Assembly (NCBI GenBank): GCA_028822585.1
Contig: JAPKDL010000001.1
Span: forward strand, 1,407 to 65,406
Origin: Alphaproteobacteria bacterium
Lineage (GTDB): Bacteria; Pseudomonadota; Alphaproteobacteria; UBA8366; GCA-2717185
DNA length: 64,000 nucleotides
Reading direction: 5' to 3'
This document shows, piece by piece, positions 19,162 to 28,442 of the stretch. The notes beneath the pieces are model-generated. The model saw only the letters and a program-made list of their open reading frames with translations, did not search any database and was not told the origin of the DNA. A program made the translations under genes and the position numbers. Position 1 is the stretch's first letter; the number at the start of each line of letters is the position of its first letter.

Positions 19162-20337
19162 ATGGAGAACCACGCCACACCACTAAAGCCCGAACGGATG
19201 ACATACGGCGAAGATCCGGCGAAACGGGTCGAGTTGGGTGTTACGGAAAAACTGCGCCTGGATTGCGGCGTTTCGCTTGGGCCCTTCACCATGGCGTACC
19301 AGACCTATGGCGCGTTAAACGCCGATAAATCCAACGCCATTCTGATATGCCACGCGTTGACCGGCGACCATTACGTTGCAGATGAAATCCACCCGATCAC
19401 TGGGAAGCGTGGTTGGTGGGACCTTATGGTCGGACCGGGTAAGCCTATCGATACCGACCGGTTTTTTGTTATTAGTTCCAATGTTTTAGGCGGATGTCAG
19501 GGCACCACAGGGCCGAAGGACATCGACCTGGCGACAGGAAAGCCTTATGGCCTGTCGTTCCCCGTGATCACAATTGGCGATATGGTTCGGGCGCAAAAAC
19601 AACTGGTCGACTATTTGTGCATTGATAAATTATTTCTCGTCATCGGCGGGTCAATGGGTGCCATGCAGGTTCTGGAATGGGCGGCGCGCTATCCGGACGA
19701 TGTCTTCGCTGCCTGTCCTGTTGCAGGGGCGGCGCGGCATTCGGCCCAGAACATTGCGTTTCATGAAGTTGGGCGACAAGCGATCATGGCCGACCCCGAC
19801 TGGCAGGCCGGTGACTATCTGAATCATGGCACAGATCCGAAACGGGGACTTTCGGTGGCCCGCATGGCGGCGCACATCACTTATCTATCCGAAGCGGCGT
19901 TGCACCGCAAGTTTGGGCGGCGTTTGCAGGATCGCGAAGGTCTGACCTATGGCTTCGACGCCGATTTTCAGGTCGAAAGTTACCTACGTCACCAGGGCAG
20001 CACATTCGTAGATCGGTTCGACGCTAATTCCTACCTCTACATCACTCGGGCCATGGACTATTTCGACCTGGCCGCCGAACATGGTGGGAATTTATCGGCG
20101 GCGTTTGACGGTGCTAAAACCCGCTTCTGCGTTATTTCATTCAGTAGCGATTGGTTGTTTCCCACACCGGAAAGCCGCGCCGTGGTGCATGCGCTAAATG
20201 CGGTCGCGGCGAATGTCAGTTTCGTCGAGGTCGAGTCCGACAAGGGCCACGACGCGTTTCTGCTCGACGAACCGGAACTCTTCGACGTGATGACTGGATT
20301 CATCAACGGCAGCGCCGCAATTCGGGGCCTGACATGA
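19162..20337 (+). CDS. metX: Homoserine O-acetyltransferase
   Basis: [16 protein letters not shown], nucleophile [13 protein letters not shown]-terminal GHDAFLLD. Start placed at ATG 19162; the ORF opens at 19132. Confidence 0.9.
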   Translation: MENHATPLKPERMTYGEDPAKRVELGVTEKLRLDCGVSLGPFTMAYQTYGALNADKSNAILICHALTGDHYVADEIHPITGKRGWWDLMVGPGKPIDTDRFFVISSNVLGGCQGTTGPKDIDLATGKPYGLSFPVITIGDMVRAQKQLVDYLCIDKLFLVIGGSMGAMQVLEWAARYPDDVFAACPVAGAARHSAQNIAFHEVGRQAIMADPDWQAGDYLNHGTDPKRGLSVARMAAHITYLSEAALHRKFGRRLQDREGLTYGFDADFQVESYLRHQGSTFVDRFDANSYLYITRAMDYFDLAAEHGGNLSAAFDGAKTRFCVISFSSDWLFPTPESRAVVHALNAVAANVSFVEVESDKGHDAFLLDEPELFDVMTGFINGSAAIRGLT

Positions 20338-20972
20338 ATGATCCCCAAAATGGCGCTCACACATCATCGATCCGCGTCGACCTCAAGCTAATCGCTGATA
20401 TGATTGAACCGGGCAGTCGAGTGCTCGATGTTGGATGTGGCGATGGCGAATTGCTGGCCTACCTCGCCAAAACAAAACAAACTGATGGGCGCGGCGTTGA
20501 ACTGTCCATGAGCGGCGTCAGCAAAAGTGTGCGCAGCGGTCTTTCCGTCATTCAGGGCGACGCGGACACCGATTTAAAAGACTATCCCAGCGGCGCCTTT
20601 GATTATGTCGTGTTGAGCCAAACCTTACAGGCGACCTACCGACCGCGTGAGGTCGTCGAAAACCTGGTGCGCATCAGTCAACGCGCTATCGTGTCGTTTC
20701 CGAATTTCGCGTATTGGCGGGTGCGGTTGGGACTCCTGTTCATCGGAAAAATGCCCGTTACGGACACCTTGGTGAACACCTGGTACGACACGCCGAACAT
20801 CCACCATTGTACCGTAAAAGATTTTGTTGAAACCTGCCGTGACAGCGGCATTTCGATTGAACGGGCGATTCCCTTGACCCGAAATGGCGACGCGATGGCG
20901 TTGGCTGCAACGGGGCGTTTGGCGAATTTGTTGGCGGAACAGGCGTTATTTGTGCTGCGCCGCCCAGACTGA
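20334..20972 (+). CDS. metW: Methionine biosynthesis protein MetW
   Basis: [28 protein letters not shown] followed by the [10 protein letters not shown] motif. ATG overlaps the metX stop (ATGA). Confidence 0.9.
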   Translation: MNDPQNGAHTSSIRVDLKLIADMIEPGSRVLDVGCGDGELLAYLAKTKQTDGRGVELSMSGVSKSVRSGLSVIQGDADTDLKDYPSGAFDYVVLSQTLQATYRPREVVENLVRISQRAIVSFPNFAYWRVRLGLLFIGKMPVTDTLVNTWYDTPNIHHCTVKDFVETCRDSGISIERAIPLTRNGDAMALAATGRLANLLAEQALFVLRRPD

Positions 20973-20996
20973 ACATTATTAGCCAAATCAGCCGTA

Positions 20997-22221
20997 TCAA
21001 CCTTCGTCGCTATCGGTAATAAATCCATCGTCGGATGCTGGTTCCGATGTTGAATCCTCTCGCATCAATCGAACCGGGGCCGATGGCGCGGCTCCGGATT
21101 TGTCCTCGCCAAAATGAATTGTTTTCGCGGTGGTGATGATCACCACGCTCAACAATGACGCGCGGAGGATAAATTCAAACCCGTCTGGTATTTCAAGCGC
21201 CCAGACCGCAAAACTGACCACGAGGTACAAAATGAGCAGCACATGCCAGATATCTGCGAAACGCCGCCGGACACTGGACAGGGCGGCGTCATCATCACGT
21301 ATTCATTGTGCGACAGGTTGCTGGTTCTGCATTACGAGCATCACGAACAGCGCGTCGATAGCGAGGCCCAGAAGCTTGAAAAAGATCGTATAGGCAGGTT
21401 AACGGTAACCCCAGCAACAAGGCTGATTAAACCGCGAAGGCACCATGAACTGTAAGGTTGACGAGACGCCGTATCCAGATAAATAGATAATTCGCGGCGA
21501 TATCGCCAATTGGTAAAATTCGGAGCGATGCCACCCGCGGGGCCACGACCATCAGCGCCACCGCGATAGTCGCGCGCGCTAACACGCTGGCGTTGATAAG
21601 CGCCAGTACGCCAGTCAAACCGCGGCTCCCGGATCCATCAACGCCACGGTGCCATACGCCGCAGCCACAAACCCTGCAATGGGCGCAAGATCAAGGATGG
21701 CGCGTGCCAGAAAAAAAGGCCAAGCCGTCATCTGTGCGCGCCTCCATACGGCCACGCGGCCGGCGCAACGCCATCCGCAACGTGGCCTCCACAATCAATC
21801 CCGCCGCCAGAAAGTCCGCAATATGGACGATAATGCCGAATAAGTTGTTCCGACGCGCCGGGTCGCCGAAGGTGTCGCGCAGCCACGACAAGATGGCGGG
21901 CGCGTCCAAGACAGCCGACGCTGCCACGACAATATTCTGGCTGATTTGGCCAACGTGTTGCGATAAACCGTCCAGGAGACCCGCCTGTTTCTGTGCGTCT
22001 TTTACCGCCGCTGCGTTTGTGGCGTTCAGCAGAACACGCAGGTCTTCGATCAGTCGACGGCGCTGGTCGTCATCCTCCAGCGTTACAATCAACGCCTTAA
22101 TTTGAGGATCCGTTTTTTGCGTCGCTAATTGTGGCGCATCACTCGTCTACACTGGTGGGGCGGCGTGTGTCGTCAGGACCGCGGCGAGGAGTAAAGCAGG
22201 AAGCTGACGACGCAGGTCCAC
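20997..22221 (-). pseudogene. Decayed gene resembling the N-terminal periplasmic/TM part of an MscS/MscK-like channel
   Basis: GTG 22221 lies 5 nt after AAGGAGG, followed by a signal peptide. Disruptions are an in-frame TAG (22147-22149), a frame break at an A7 run (21711-21717), further shifts near 21620 and 21430, and an in-frame TGA (21303-21305). No MscS beta-domain follows. Confidence 0.45.
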
Positions 22222-22236
22222 GAGAGCCTCCTTATG

Positions 22237-24303
22237 CTAAGAGGTCATGCCGCTTAAAGCTGCATTCCGGCGACGCGACCGGACAAGGCCCAAAATCATC
22301 GCGATGATGGCGACGGCGATCGGCACCAACCCAATATTCACAAACTGCAAAACACCATTCAGCTTTTCAATATCCCTTCGCAAGTCCAGTTGAACATTGC
22401 GCAGTTCCTTTCGAACCGCCAAGAGGTCGGTTTGCAGAATTTCCATTTCCGCGTCAAACGCTTTCCGCTGTTCTTCGGTCACCTTGATCTCCCCGCCTGT
22501 GGGGCCGCTACTTGTTTTTTCTTGCAGCGCATCAATGCGTTTTTCAGCCTCGCCCAGGCGCTGTACCAAATCCTGCTCTTTTTTTCGATAGAGTTGATCC
22601 GCGTCGGCGCGCATGGTTTTTACCATTGTGAAGGGCCGTTGCGCCGTGCCCCGACTTCGCAGACTTATCAAATCGTTTGACCCCGACAAATTATCCAGTG
22701 CGTTGACGATAAGATCGCCATTATTAGCGAAGGGCGACATGACCTGTTGTCCGAAGAAGTCTTGAATCCGAATCCAAAAACGTTGGTGCAGCATGTCGGT
22801 GTCGGCGATCAGCACCACATTCAACGGCTGCGTGGATTTTGCGATATGAGGCCGAGCTTTCTTTTTCGGTTCGGCGCCTACAGGTTTAACGGCTTCAGGT
22901 TTGGAGGGCTCGGAATCTGGCATCGTCGCGGTTTCTAGCGACAAATCCTTGAGCGATTTCGCCGTCACCACAGCTTCTTTCTTTTTAGCATCAGCCTTGA
23001 CGGGCGCCGATTTTTCAGGTTCAGGATTTTTGGGTGGGCCGTCAGGAAAAGCAGACACAGCATGGCCGCTGATCCGTGCGGCGAGGGTTAATTTTTTGCC
23101 GCCGGGTTTGAAATTATCCAAAAACCCCATAACGTTGGTTTCAGTGATGCCAATCAGCTCGGTGTCAAACACCTGACTGACCTCGGTTGTTTGCATCAGC
23201 GGTTCGACCGTAACAGTGGCGTCTTCCGCCACCTGCACGACACCTGCCGACGCCACGTTGATCGCAGTCACTCCCCGCGTCACCGCATCGCTGTCGTTGA
23301 TGTTGTCTTGGCGTAGCGACATCCACAACAAATATGGCGCAGCCTGTGTGGCACCATCCTTGCCGGCATTTACCAAACGGGCGGTCTTCATGTCGCCCAG
23401 TACTTTCTTTTCGGCGACAGTGACCCCCCAGTTTGCAGTCAGCTTGTTGAAGTTCGACGTCAACGCCATGGGTCGGCCCGCGACCAACGAGGCCCGCGCC
23501 ATTTCATTGTGCGGGTCGGTCATGATCAAGGCCTTGCCGCCGGACATCAAATATTGATCGATGGCGTAGAGTTCGTCACTCGTCAGATTTGCAGGATGCG
23601 CGAGGAACAACACATCGAGTTCGCCGTTCACTTCCTCTGCGGCGTCGATAATGCTGCGAACCTCGAAGGTTTCTTCCAGCACATCGATGATTGGCCATTG
23701 GGTCTTTTTGCCTGACCGTGGCGCGAATTCACCAAACAGGGGCAAGGTGGAGATGACGCCCACCACCGGCTTTTTCGGGTTCGCCGCCGTGTACAGTAAT
23801 TTGGAGAGATCATATTCCAGGAACGCCTCGCGTTCCGGCTGAAAAAACGGGACTGCGACGGTGGTGTCACCAATGCGCGCAGCCAAACCGAAATAGACTT
23901 TTTCACCGCTGGCGTCCAACGGCACACCCTTCAAGCCCGCCGTCACCGCTTCGTCTTCGGTTTCTGAAAAGGGTTCCGGGTCAAATTGGGTGACGGTGAT
24001 ATTATCGTCAGAGACCGCCGCAATTTCATTCACCACGTCGCGCACGCGTTCGGCATAATTACCGTAAATCGCGACCTGTTTCAACAGAGTCTGCGAAAAA
24101 TATAGTTCAAGTTTGATCGGTTCCTTGATGCGGTTGACGATGTTGCGCGTGCCGTCAGACACCGTAAATAATCGATCTTCGGTCAAATCGATGCGCATGC
24201 CGGTAACGCCGACCAGACTGGTGTTAAGCGCCACGAACAAGGCACCGACGACGGCGATTCCAATAATCCAACCGCGATCTGTGTGAAACAGTTTGCGTAT
24301 CAT
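22237..24303 (-). CDS. GldG-like auxiliary component of an ABC-2 transport system
   Basis: 688 aa with N- and C-terminal TM anchors and a large extracytoplasmic region. Its start is 3 nt after the stop of the ABC-2 permease. Pattern is as in GldG / ABC-type uncharacterized transport system proteins. Confidence 0.7.
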   Translation of the reverse strand: MIRKLFHTDRGWIIGIAVVGALFVALNTSLVGVTGMRIDLTEDRLFTVSDGTRNIVNRIKEPIKLELYFSQTLLKQVAIYGNYAERVRDVVNEIAAVSDDNITVTQFDPEPFSETEDEAVTAGLKGVPLDASGEKVYFGLAARIGDTTVAVPFFQPEREAFLEYDLSKLLYTAANPKKPVVGVISTLPLFGEFAPRSGKKTQWPIIDVLEETFEVRSIIDAAEEVNGELDVLFLAHPANLTSDELYAIDQYLMSGGKALIMTDPHNEMARASLVAGRPMALTSNFNKLTANWGVTVAEKKVLGDMKTARLVNAGKDGATQAAPYLLWMSLRQDNINDSDAVTRGVTAINVASAGVVQVAEDATVTVEPLMQTTEVSQVFDTELIGITETNVMGFLDNFKPGGKKLTLAARISGHAVSAFPDGPPKNPEPEKSAPVKADAKKKEAVVTAKSLKDLSLETATMPDSEPSKPEAVKPVGAEPKKKARPHIAKSTQPLNVVLIADTDMLHQRFWIRIQDFFGQQVMSPFANNGDLIVNALDNLSGSNDLISLRSRGTAQRPFTMVKTMRADADQLYRKKEQDLVQRLGEAEKRIDALQEKTSSGPTGGEIKVTEEQRKAFDAEMEILQTDLLAVRKELRNVQLDLRRDIEKLNGVLQFVNIGLVPIAVAIIAMILGLVRSRRRNAALSGMTS

Positions 24304-24306
24304 CCT

Positions 24307-25041
24307 CTATTCCCCTTTCAATCGTGCGACGGCAAGTGCTGTCGCAAATAGAAAGACGGCGATCAGAGATGCGAAATACGCGATGTCGGTCACATCCACC
24401 ACGCCCTTCGAGATAGCGCTGAAATGCGTTAAAAAACTCAACGAGGCGATGAAGTCGACCGCTTGCTGCGGTGCCCAACCAGAAAAGAAGTTCAACACCA
24501 AAGGCGCGCCGCTGGCGATGAACACAAAGCAGAGGCTCGCCGTCACCACAAACGCGATGACCTGATTTTTCGTCAACGCCGAAATGAATGACCCAATCGC
24601 CAGAAACCCCGCCGCCATCAGCAAACTGCCGATGTAACCCGCGAGGATGACGCCGTTATCAGGGTCGCCCAGAATATTGACGGTGATCCAGACCGGGAAT
24701 GTCAGCGCCAGGGCGATGGCGGTGAAAAAGACCGCTGCCAGATATTTGCCAACAACTGCCTGTGTCAAAGAGATAGGCAACGTTAGGAACATTTCGATAG
24801 TGCCCGATTTCCGTTCTTCTGCCCATAAGCGCATCGAAATGGCCGGGATCAGTAAAATATAAATCCAGGGATGAAATTGGAAAAACGGCCCTAAATCAGC
24901 TAGGCCGCGTTCAAAGAAATTTCCAACGAAAAATGTCATCGCGCCCAGCAGCGCCAGAAAGACTACAATAAAGACATAGGCGACAGGCGTTGCGAAATAA
25001 CCCGACAATTCCCGCCGAACGACGATTAATGTGTTGTTCAT
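24307..25041 (-). CDS. ABC-2 type transporter permease (GldF-like)
   Basis: 244 aa from ATG 25041 (MNNTLIVVRRELSGYFATPVAYVF...) with about 6 TM segments. It begins 4 nt after the ATPase stop. Confidence 0.8.
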   Translation of the reverse strand: MNNTLIVVRRELSGYFATPVAYVFIVVFLALLGAMTFFVGNFFERGLADLGPFFQFHPWIYILLIPAISMRLWAEERKSGTIEMFLTLPISLTQAVVGKYLAAVFFTAIALALTFPVWITVNILGDPDNGVILAGYIGSLLMAAGFLAIGSFISALTKNQVIAFVVTASLCFVFIASGAPLVLNFFSGWAPQQAVDFIASLSFLTHFSAISKGVVDVTDIAYFASLIAVFLFATALAVARLKGE

Positions 25042-25045
25042 GATG

Positions 25046-25972
25046 TTACCGATTAGATGTGATGTTACGAAACACGTCGTCGAGATTGCCGCGTTCGACA
25101 TGGATTTCGTCAATGGGCATATCAATGCCGCGAAGCGCGGTACCAATTTCTGACACCAATGCTTCGCCGTTATTGGATTGAACGACCAGCCAATTGGCAC
25201 GCACGGTTTCAATGGACGCCACGCCGTCCAGGTCTTGTAACAAAGTCCGCGCGACCGACATTTCGCCGCCAACGCGTACTGACACGGCGTTATGGCGTTG
25301 CGAACGCCGCAACAATTCTTCTGGGGTTTCGTCCGCGACCACTTTGCCATCGGCGATGATAATAGCGCGGGTGCAAACCGCATCGACTTCTTCCAGAATA
25401 TGGGTTGAAATTATGATAGCCTTATCCGCCGCCATGCCGGCGATCAGATTTCGAACTTCATGTTTCTGGTTTGGGTCCAGCCCGTCGGTTGGTTCGTCTA
25501 GTATAAGCACATCGGGGTCGTGCAACAGCGCCTGGGCCAGTCCCACCCGGCGCTTGAATCCTTTCGACAAGGTTTCGATGGGCTTTTCGAGAACCGAGTC
25601 CAATTGGGTTTGCGCCACCACGATGTCGATCCGCTCGTTAAGCTTGGCGCCGCGTAACCCGCGCACCTGCGCTACAAACGTCAAAAACCCGCGCGGGGTC
25701 ATATCCGACCACATCGGCGCGCCTTCGGGCAGATACCCAACCCGGCGCTTTACTTCTATCGGGTCGGTCTGCACATCGAAACCTTCGACGCGGGCTGTTC
25801 CCGAACTTGGCGTCAGAAAGCCGGTTATCATTTTCATGGTTGTCGATTTGCCCGCGCCATTAGGCCCAAGGAACCCGAGAACTTCACCTCGGTCGACATT
25901 GAATGAAACATGATCCACCGCCACAGCGGCACCGAATCGTTTCATCAGATCATCGATTTCAATCATCGCCAT
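25046..25972 (-). CDS. ABC transporter ATP-binding protein (GldA-like)
   Basis: Walker A GPNGAGKST, signature LSKGFKRRV, Walker B LILDEPTDGLD. Confidence 0.9.
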   Translation of the reverse strand: MAMIEIDDLMKRFGAAVAVDHVSFNVDRGEVLGFLGPNGAGKSTTMKMITGFLTPSSGTARVEGFDVQTDPIEVKRRVGYLPEGAPMWSDMTPRGFLTFVAQVRGLRGAKLNERIDIVVAQTQLDSVLEKPIETLSKGFKRRVGLAQALLHDPDVLILDEPTDGLDPNQKHEVRNLIAGMAADKAIIISTHILEEVDAVCTRAIIIADGKVVADETPEELLRRSQRHNAVSVRVGGEMSVARTLLQDLDGVASIETVRANWLVVQSNNGEALVSEIGTALRGIDMPIDEIHVERGNLDDVFRNITSNR

Positions 25973-26206
25973 TGGTCAGATCAGCCCTGTTCCTGTTTTA
26001 TTTTCCAGCTTACACGACCGGATATATCCAGATGTACTTTATTTTTGGGATTTAATACGCGGCGGAACTTATTTCAAGACGTCCGTCAATGCAACGTTGC
26101 ATAATTTTATGTTAAGTTTTCCTATGGAAGAAACCGGTTCGGAGGACGCCCCATCACCATTCGCAAATTACGCCTCGCCACAGGACTGGTTCTGTTCGGT
26201 TATATT

Positions 26207-27829
26207 TTGTTCCATTTGATAAACCACATTCCCGGATTGTGGTCGCTGAGCGCGATGGATGCGGCGCGGAAGATTATCCACTGGCCGTTGTTCAACCCCG
26301 TCGGCGTCACCGTGTTGTATGGATCGATGACCATCCATGGGGGGTTGGCGTTTTACGCTCTGTATCAACGGCGGCGTCTGAAAATGCGCTTTGGTGCCGC
26401 AGTGCAATTGATGTTCGGTCTGTCCCTGCCCTTGCTGTTAATAGACCATATGTTAGGGACGCGTGCGGCGTTCAGTTTCCTTGATACGCAAGTAAATTAT
26501 ATTTACGTCTTGCTGGCGCAGTGGCGATTCGACCCCCTCATCGGTATTCGACAAATCCTGGTGCTGTCCGCCGCGTGGGTTCATGGCTGCATTGGCATGT
26601 ATTACTGGCTGCGCCTTAAACCCGGTTACAAACAATGTGAACCTTTCTTGCTCGTCGTCGCGGTCTTGATTCCCGTATTATCGTTGGCCGGGTTTATGCG
26701 CGGATCCCGAGACGCCTTGGTGTTGGCTTCCGATCCGGCCTGGCTGGCGGCGTTTCAGACAAAAATTCAATGGCCAGACGCCGCTGAAATTGAATCTTTG
26801 CATCGAATTGAATCGTGGTTTTTCGTCGTATTTTGTTCAATGCTCACTGGGGTGCTGGCACTGCGATGGGTGCGCACATTCTGGGAGAAACGGCGTGGTG
26901 TTGTCGAGTTGACCTACGATGACGGCCGCACAATTCGGCATCCGCCCGGCGGCGCCATTTTGGATTTAAGCCGCGCCGCCGGTATTCCCCACGCTAGCGT
27001 TTGCGGTGGCCGCGGGCGGTGTTCCACCTGCCGGGTGCGCGTTACTCGCGGTGCGGAAAATCTGCCGCCTCCGGACGCTTCGGAACAAAAAGTGCTGGCG
27101 CGCGTGAAGGCTGGGCCGCAAGTGCGTCTGGCGTGCCAGGCAAGACCCAGGAGTGGCGCAATAGACATTATTCGCTTGTTGCCTCCCACCGCAGACGCGA
27201 AGGACGGGTTTTCACAACCGGACTATATCCGAGGTAAAGAGCTCGACGTGACGGTTTTATTCGCAGATATCCGCGCCTTCACGGAACTTTCGGAAGATAA
27301 ACTGCCCTATGATGTTGTCTTTATGTTGAATCGGTATTTTGAATGTGTTGGCGCTGCAATCACCGAATCCGGCGGGTATCTGGATAAATTCATTGGCGAT
27401 GGCGTCATGGCGATCTTCGGCATTTATGATGGCCCCGAAGCCGGAAGCCGCGCGGCGGTGCGTGCGGCGCGAAACATGTTTGAACGTCTGGAAGGCCTCA
27501 ACCGCCTGATGCAGTCCGATTTGGAATCACCCATTCGAATTGGCGTTGGATTACACCATGGTCCCGCTATCGTGGGCCAAATGGGATATGGTGACGCCAT
27601 CGGGATTACCGCTATCGGTGATACGGTGAACACCGCCAGCCGCCTGGAATCGATGACCAAGGACTTTAAGGCGCAGCTTGTGATCTCGGGGTCGGTGGCC
27701 AAGGCGGCCAAACTCGATCTTTCCGCCTTCGGCCAACGCGATGCGGACATTCGAGGCCGCACAGGGGTCATCACTGTCCACGCGATCGTAGACGCTTTGG
27801 AGCTGAAAAAAGGGGAACTGGAACCATAG
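26207..27829 (+). CDS. Membrane-anchored 2Fe-2S ferredoxin-domain / class III adenylate-guanylate cyclase
   Basis: Multi-pass N-terminal domain, cysteine cluster CGGRGRCSTCRV, and a cyclase domain (VTVLFADIRAFTELSE, FIGDGVMAIFG, IGDTVNTASRLE). The start is uncertain; see findings. Confidence 0.85.
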   Translation: MFHLINHIPGLWSLSAMDAARKIIHWPLFNPVGVTVLYGSMTIHGGLAFYALYQRRRLKMRFGAAVQLMFGLSLPLLLIDHMLGTRAAFSFLDTQVNYIYVLLAQWRFDPLIGIRQILVLSAAWVHGCIGMYYWLRLKPGYKQCEPFLLVVAVLIPVLSLAGFMRGSRDALVLASDPAWLAAFQTKIQWPDAAEIESLHRIESWFFVVFCSMLTGVLALRWVRTFWEKRRGVVELTYDDGRTIRHPPGGAILDLSRAAGIPHASVCGGRGRCSTCRVRVTRGAENLPPPDASEQKVLARVKAGPQVRLACQARPRSGAIDIIRLLPPTADAKDGFSQPDYIRGKELDVTVLFADIRAFTELSEDKLPYDVVFMLNRYFECVGAAITESGGYLDKFIGDGVMAIFGIYDGPEAGSRAAVRAARNMFERLEGLNRLMQSDLESPIRIGVGLHHGPAIVGQMGYGDAIGITAIGDTVNTASRLESMTKDFKAQLVISGSVAKAAKLDLSAFGQRDADIRGRTGVITVHAIVDALELKKGELEP

Positions 27830-27840
27830 AATCTAACGGG

Positions 27841-28203
27841 TCAGTCGTGGGGTTTGTATGATTTTTCCTCTACCAAATCAGAGCCAAGCGGTTCGTCGAT
27901 TCGCCGTTTCACAGCAGCGCGCCAGTCGTAGATTTGATACACCGAACGGGCGAGGTCGATAAAGGTTTCCCCAAAACCCTGCTCCCGTTCGCAATTCTGT
28001 ATATCGTCTTCAATCTGCCAAAGCGTTTCATTGATGATCTTCAATGACGCCGCGTCCCTAACCGACACGATATCATCGGTTAAGGACGCGTCACGCGTGG
28101 CGGTGAGAATTTCGTATTCCTTTTCAATATTCGTCGACCTTTCGAAAATTTTGCGCCACATTCGTACGGTACATATGGTATGCTGCCGCACATGAACACG
28201 CAA
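27841..28203 (-). CDS. Small helical hypothetical protein (resembles DUF6165/DUF4254-type proteins)
   Basis: The C-terminal half INETLWQIEDDIQNCERE...FIDLARSVYQIYDWRAAVKRRIDEPLGSDLVEEKSY matches a conserved small-protein pattern from memory. The start is TTG 28203 or ATG 28161. Confidence 0.5.
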   Translation of the reverse strand: MRVHVRQHTICTVRMWRKIFERSTNIEKEYEILTATRDASLTDDIVSVRDAASLKIINETLWQIEDDIQNCEREQGFGETFIDLARSVYQIYDWRAAVKRRIDEPLGSDLVEEKSYKPHD

Positions 28204-28404
28204 TCATCGGTAATATGCGCCTGGTGTGGGCAACCAACCCCGCTGGATTATGTGCACGGTCACGCACAATGCCTGCATTGTAAAACGAATATCGCACCAT
28301 GTTGTGATGGTGGCGTCTGTGAACCCATGCTCTCCCCGCATGAACACGATGCGACGAGAGGTCGTGGCAGCGCTTGGAAGGTCCCAAACGGTGGTTCAGA
28401 TTAG
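28180..28404 (+). CDS. Cysteine-rich small protein (zinc-ribbon-like), hypothetical
   Basis: CAWCG-x14-CLHC-x6-CC-x4-C spacing. It is not antisense to another convincing gene beyond 28203. It overlaps the longest form of the divergent ORF. Confidence 0.35.
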   Translation: MLPHMNTQSSVICAWCGQPTPLDYVHGHAQCLHCKTNIAPCCDGGVCEPMLSPHEHDATRGRGSAWKVPNGGSD

Positions 28405-28442
28405 CGGAAATCCACTAAGCAAAAACATTACTGGGCAAGCCC

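Noticed and set aside
26089-26102. 14-bp palindrome ATGCAACGTTGCAT just upstream of the cyclase gene.
   Set aside because: Palindromes with 7-bp arms are expected several times by chance in a window this size, and I recognise no matching operator consensus.
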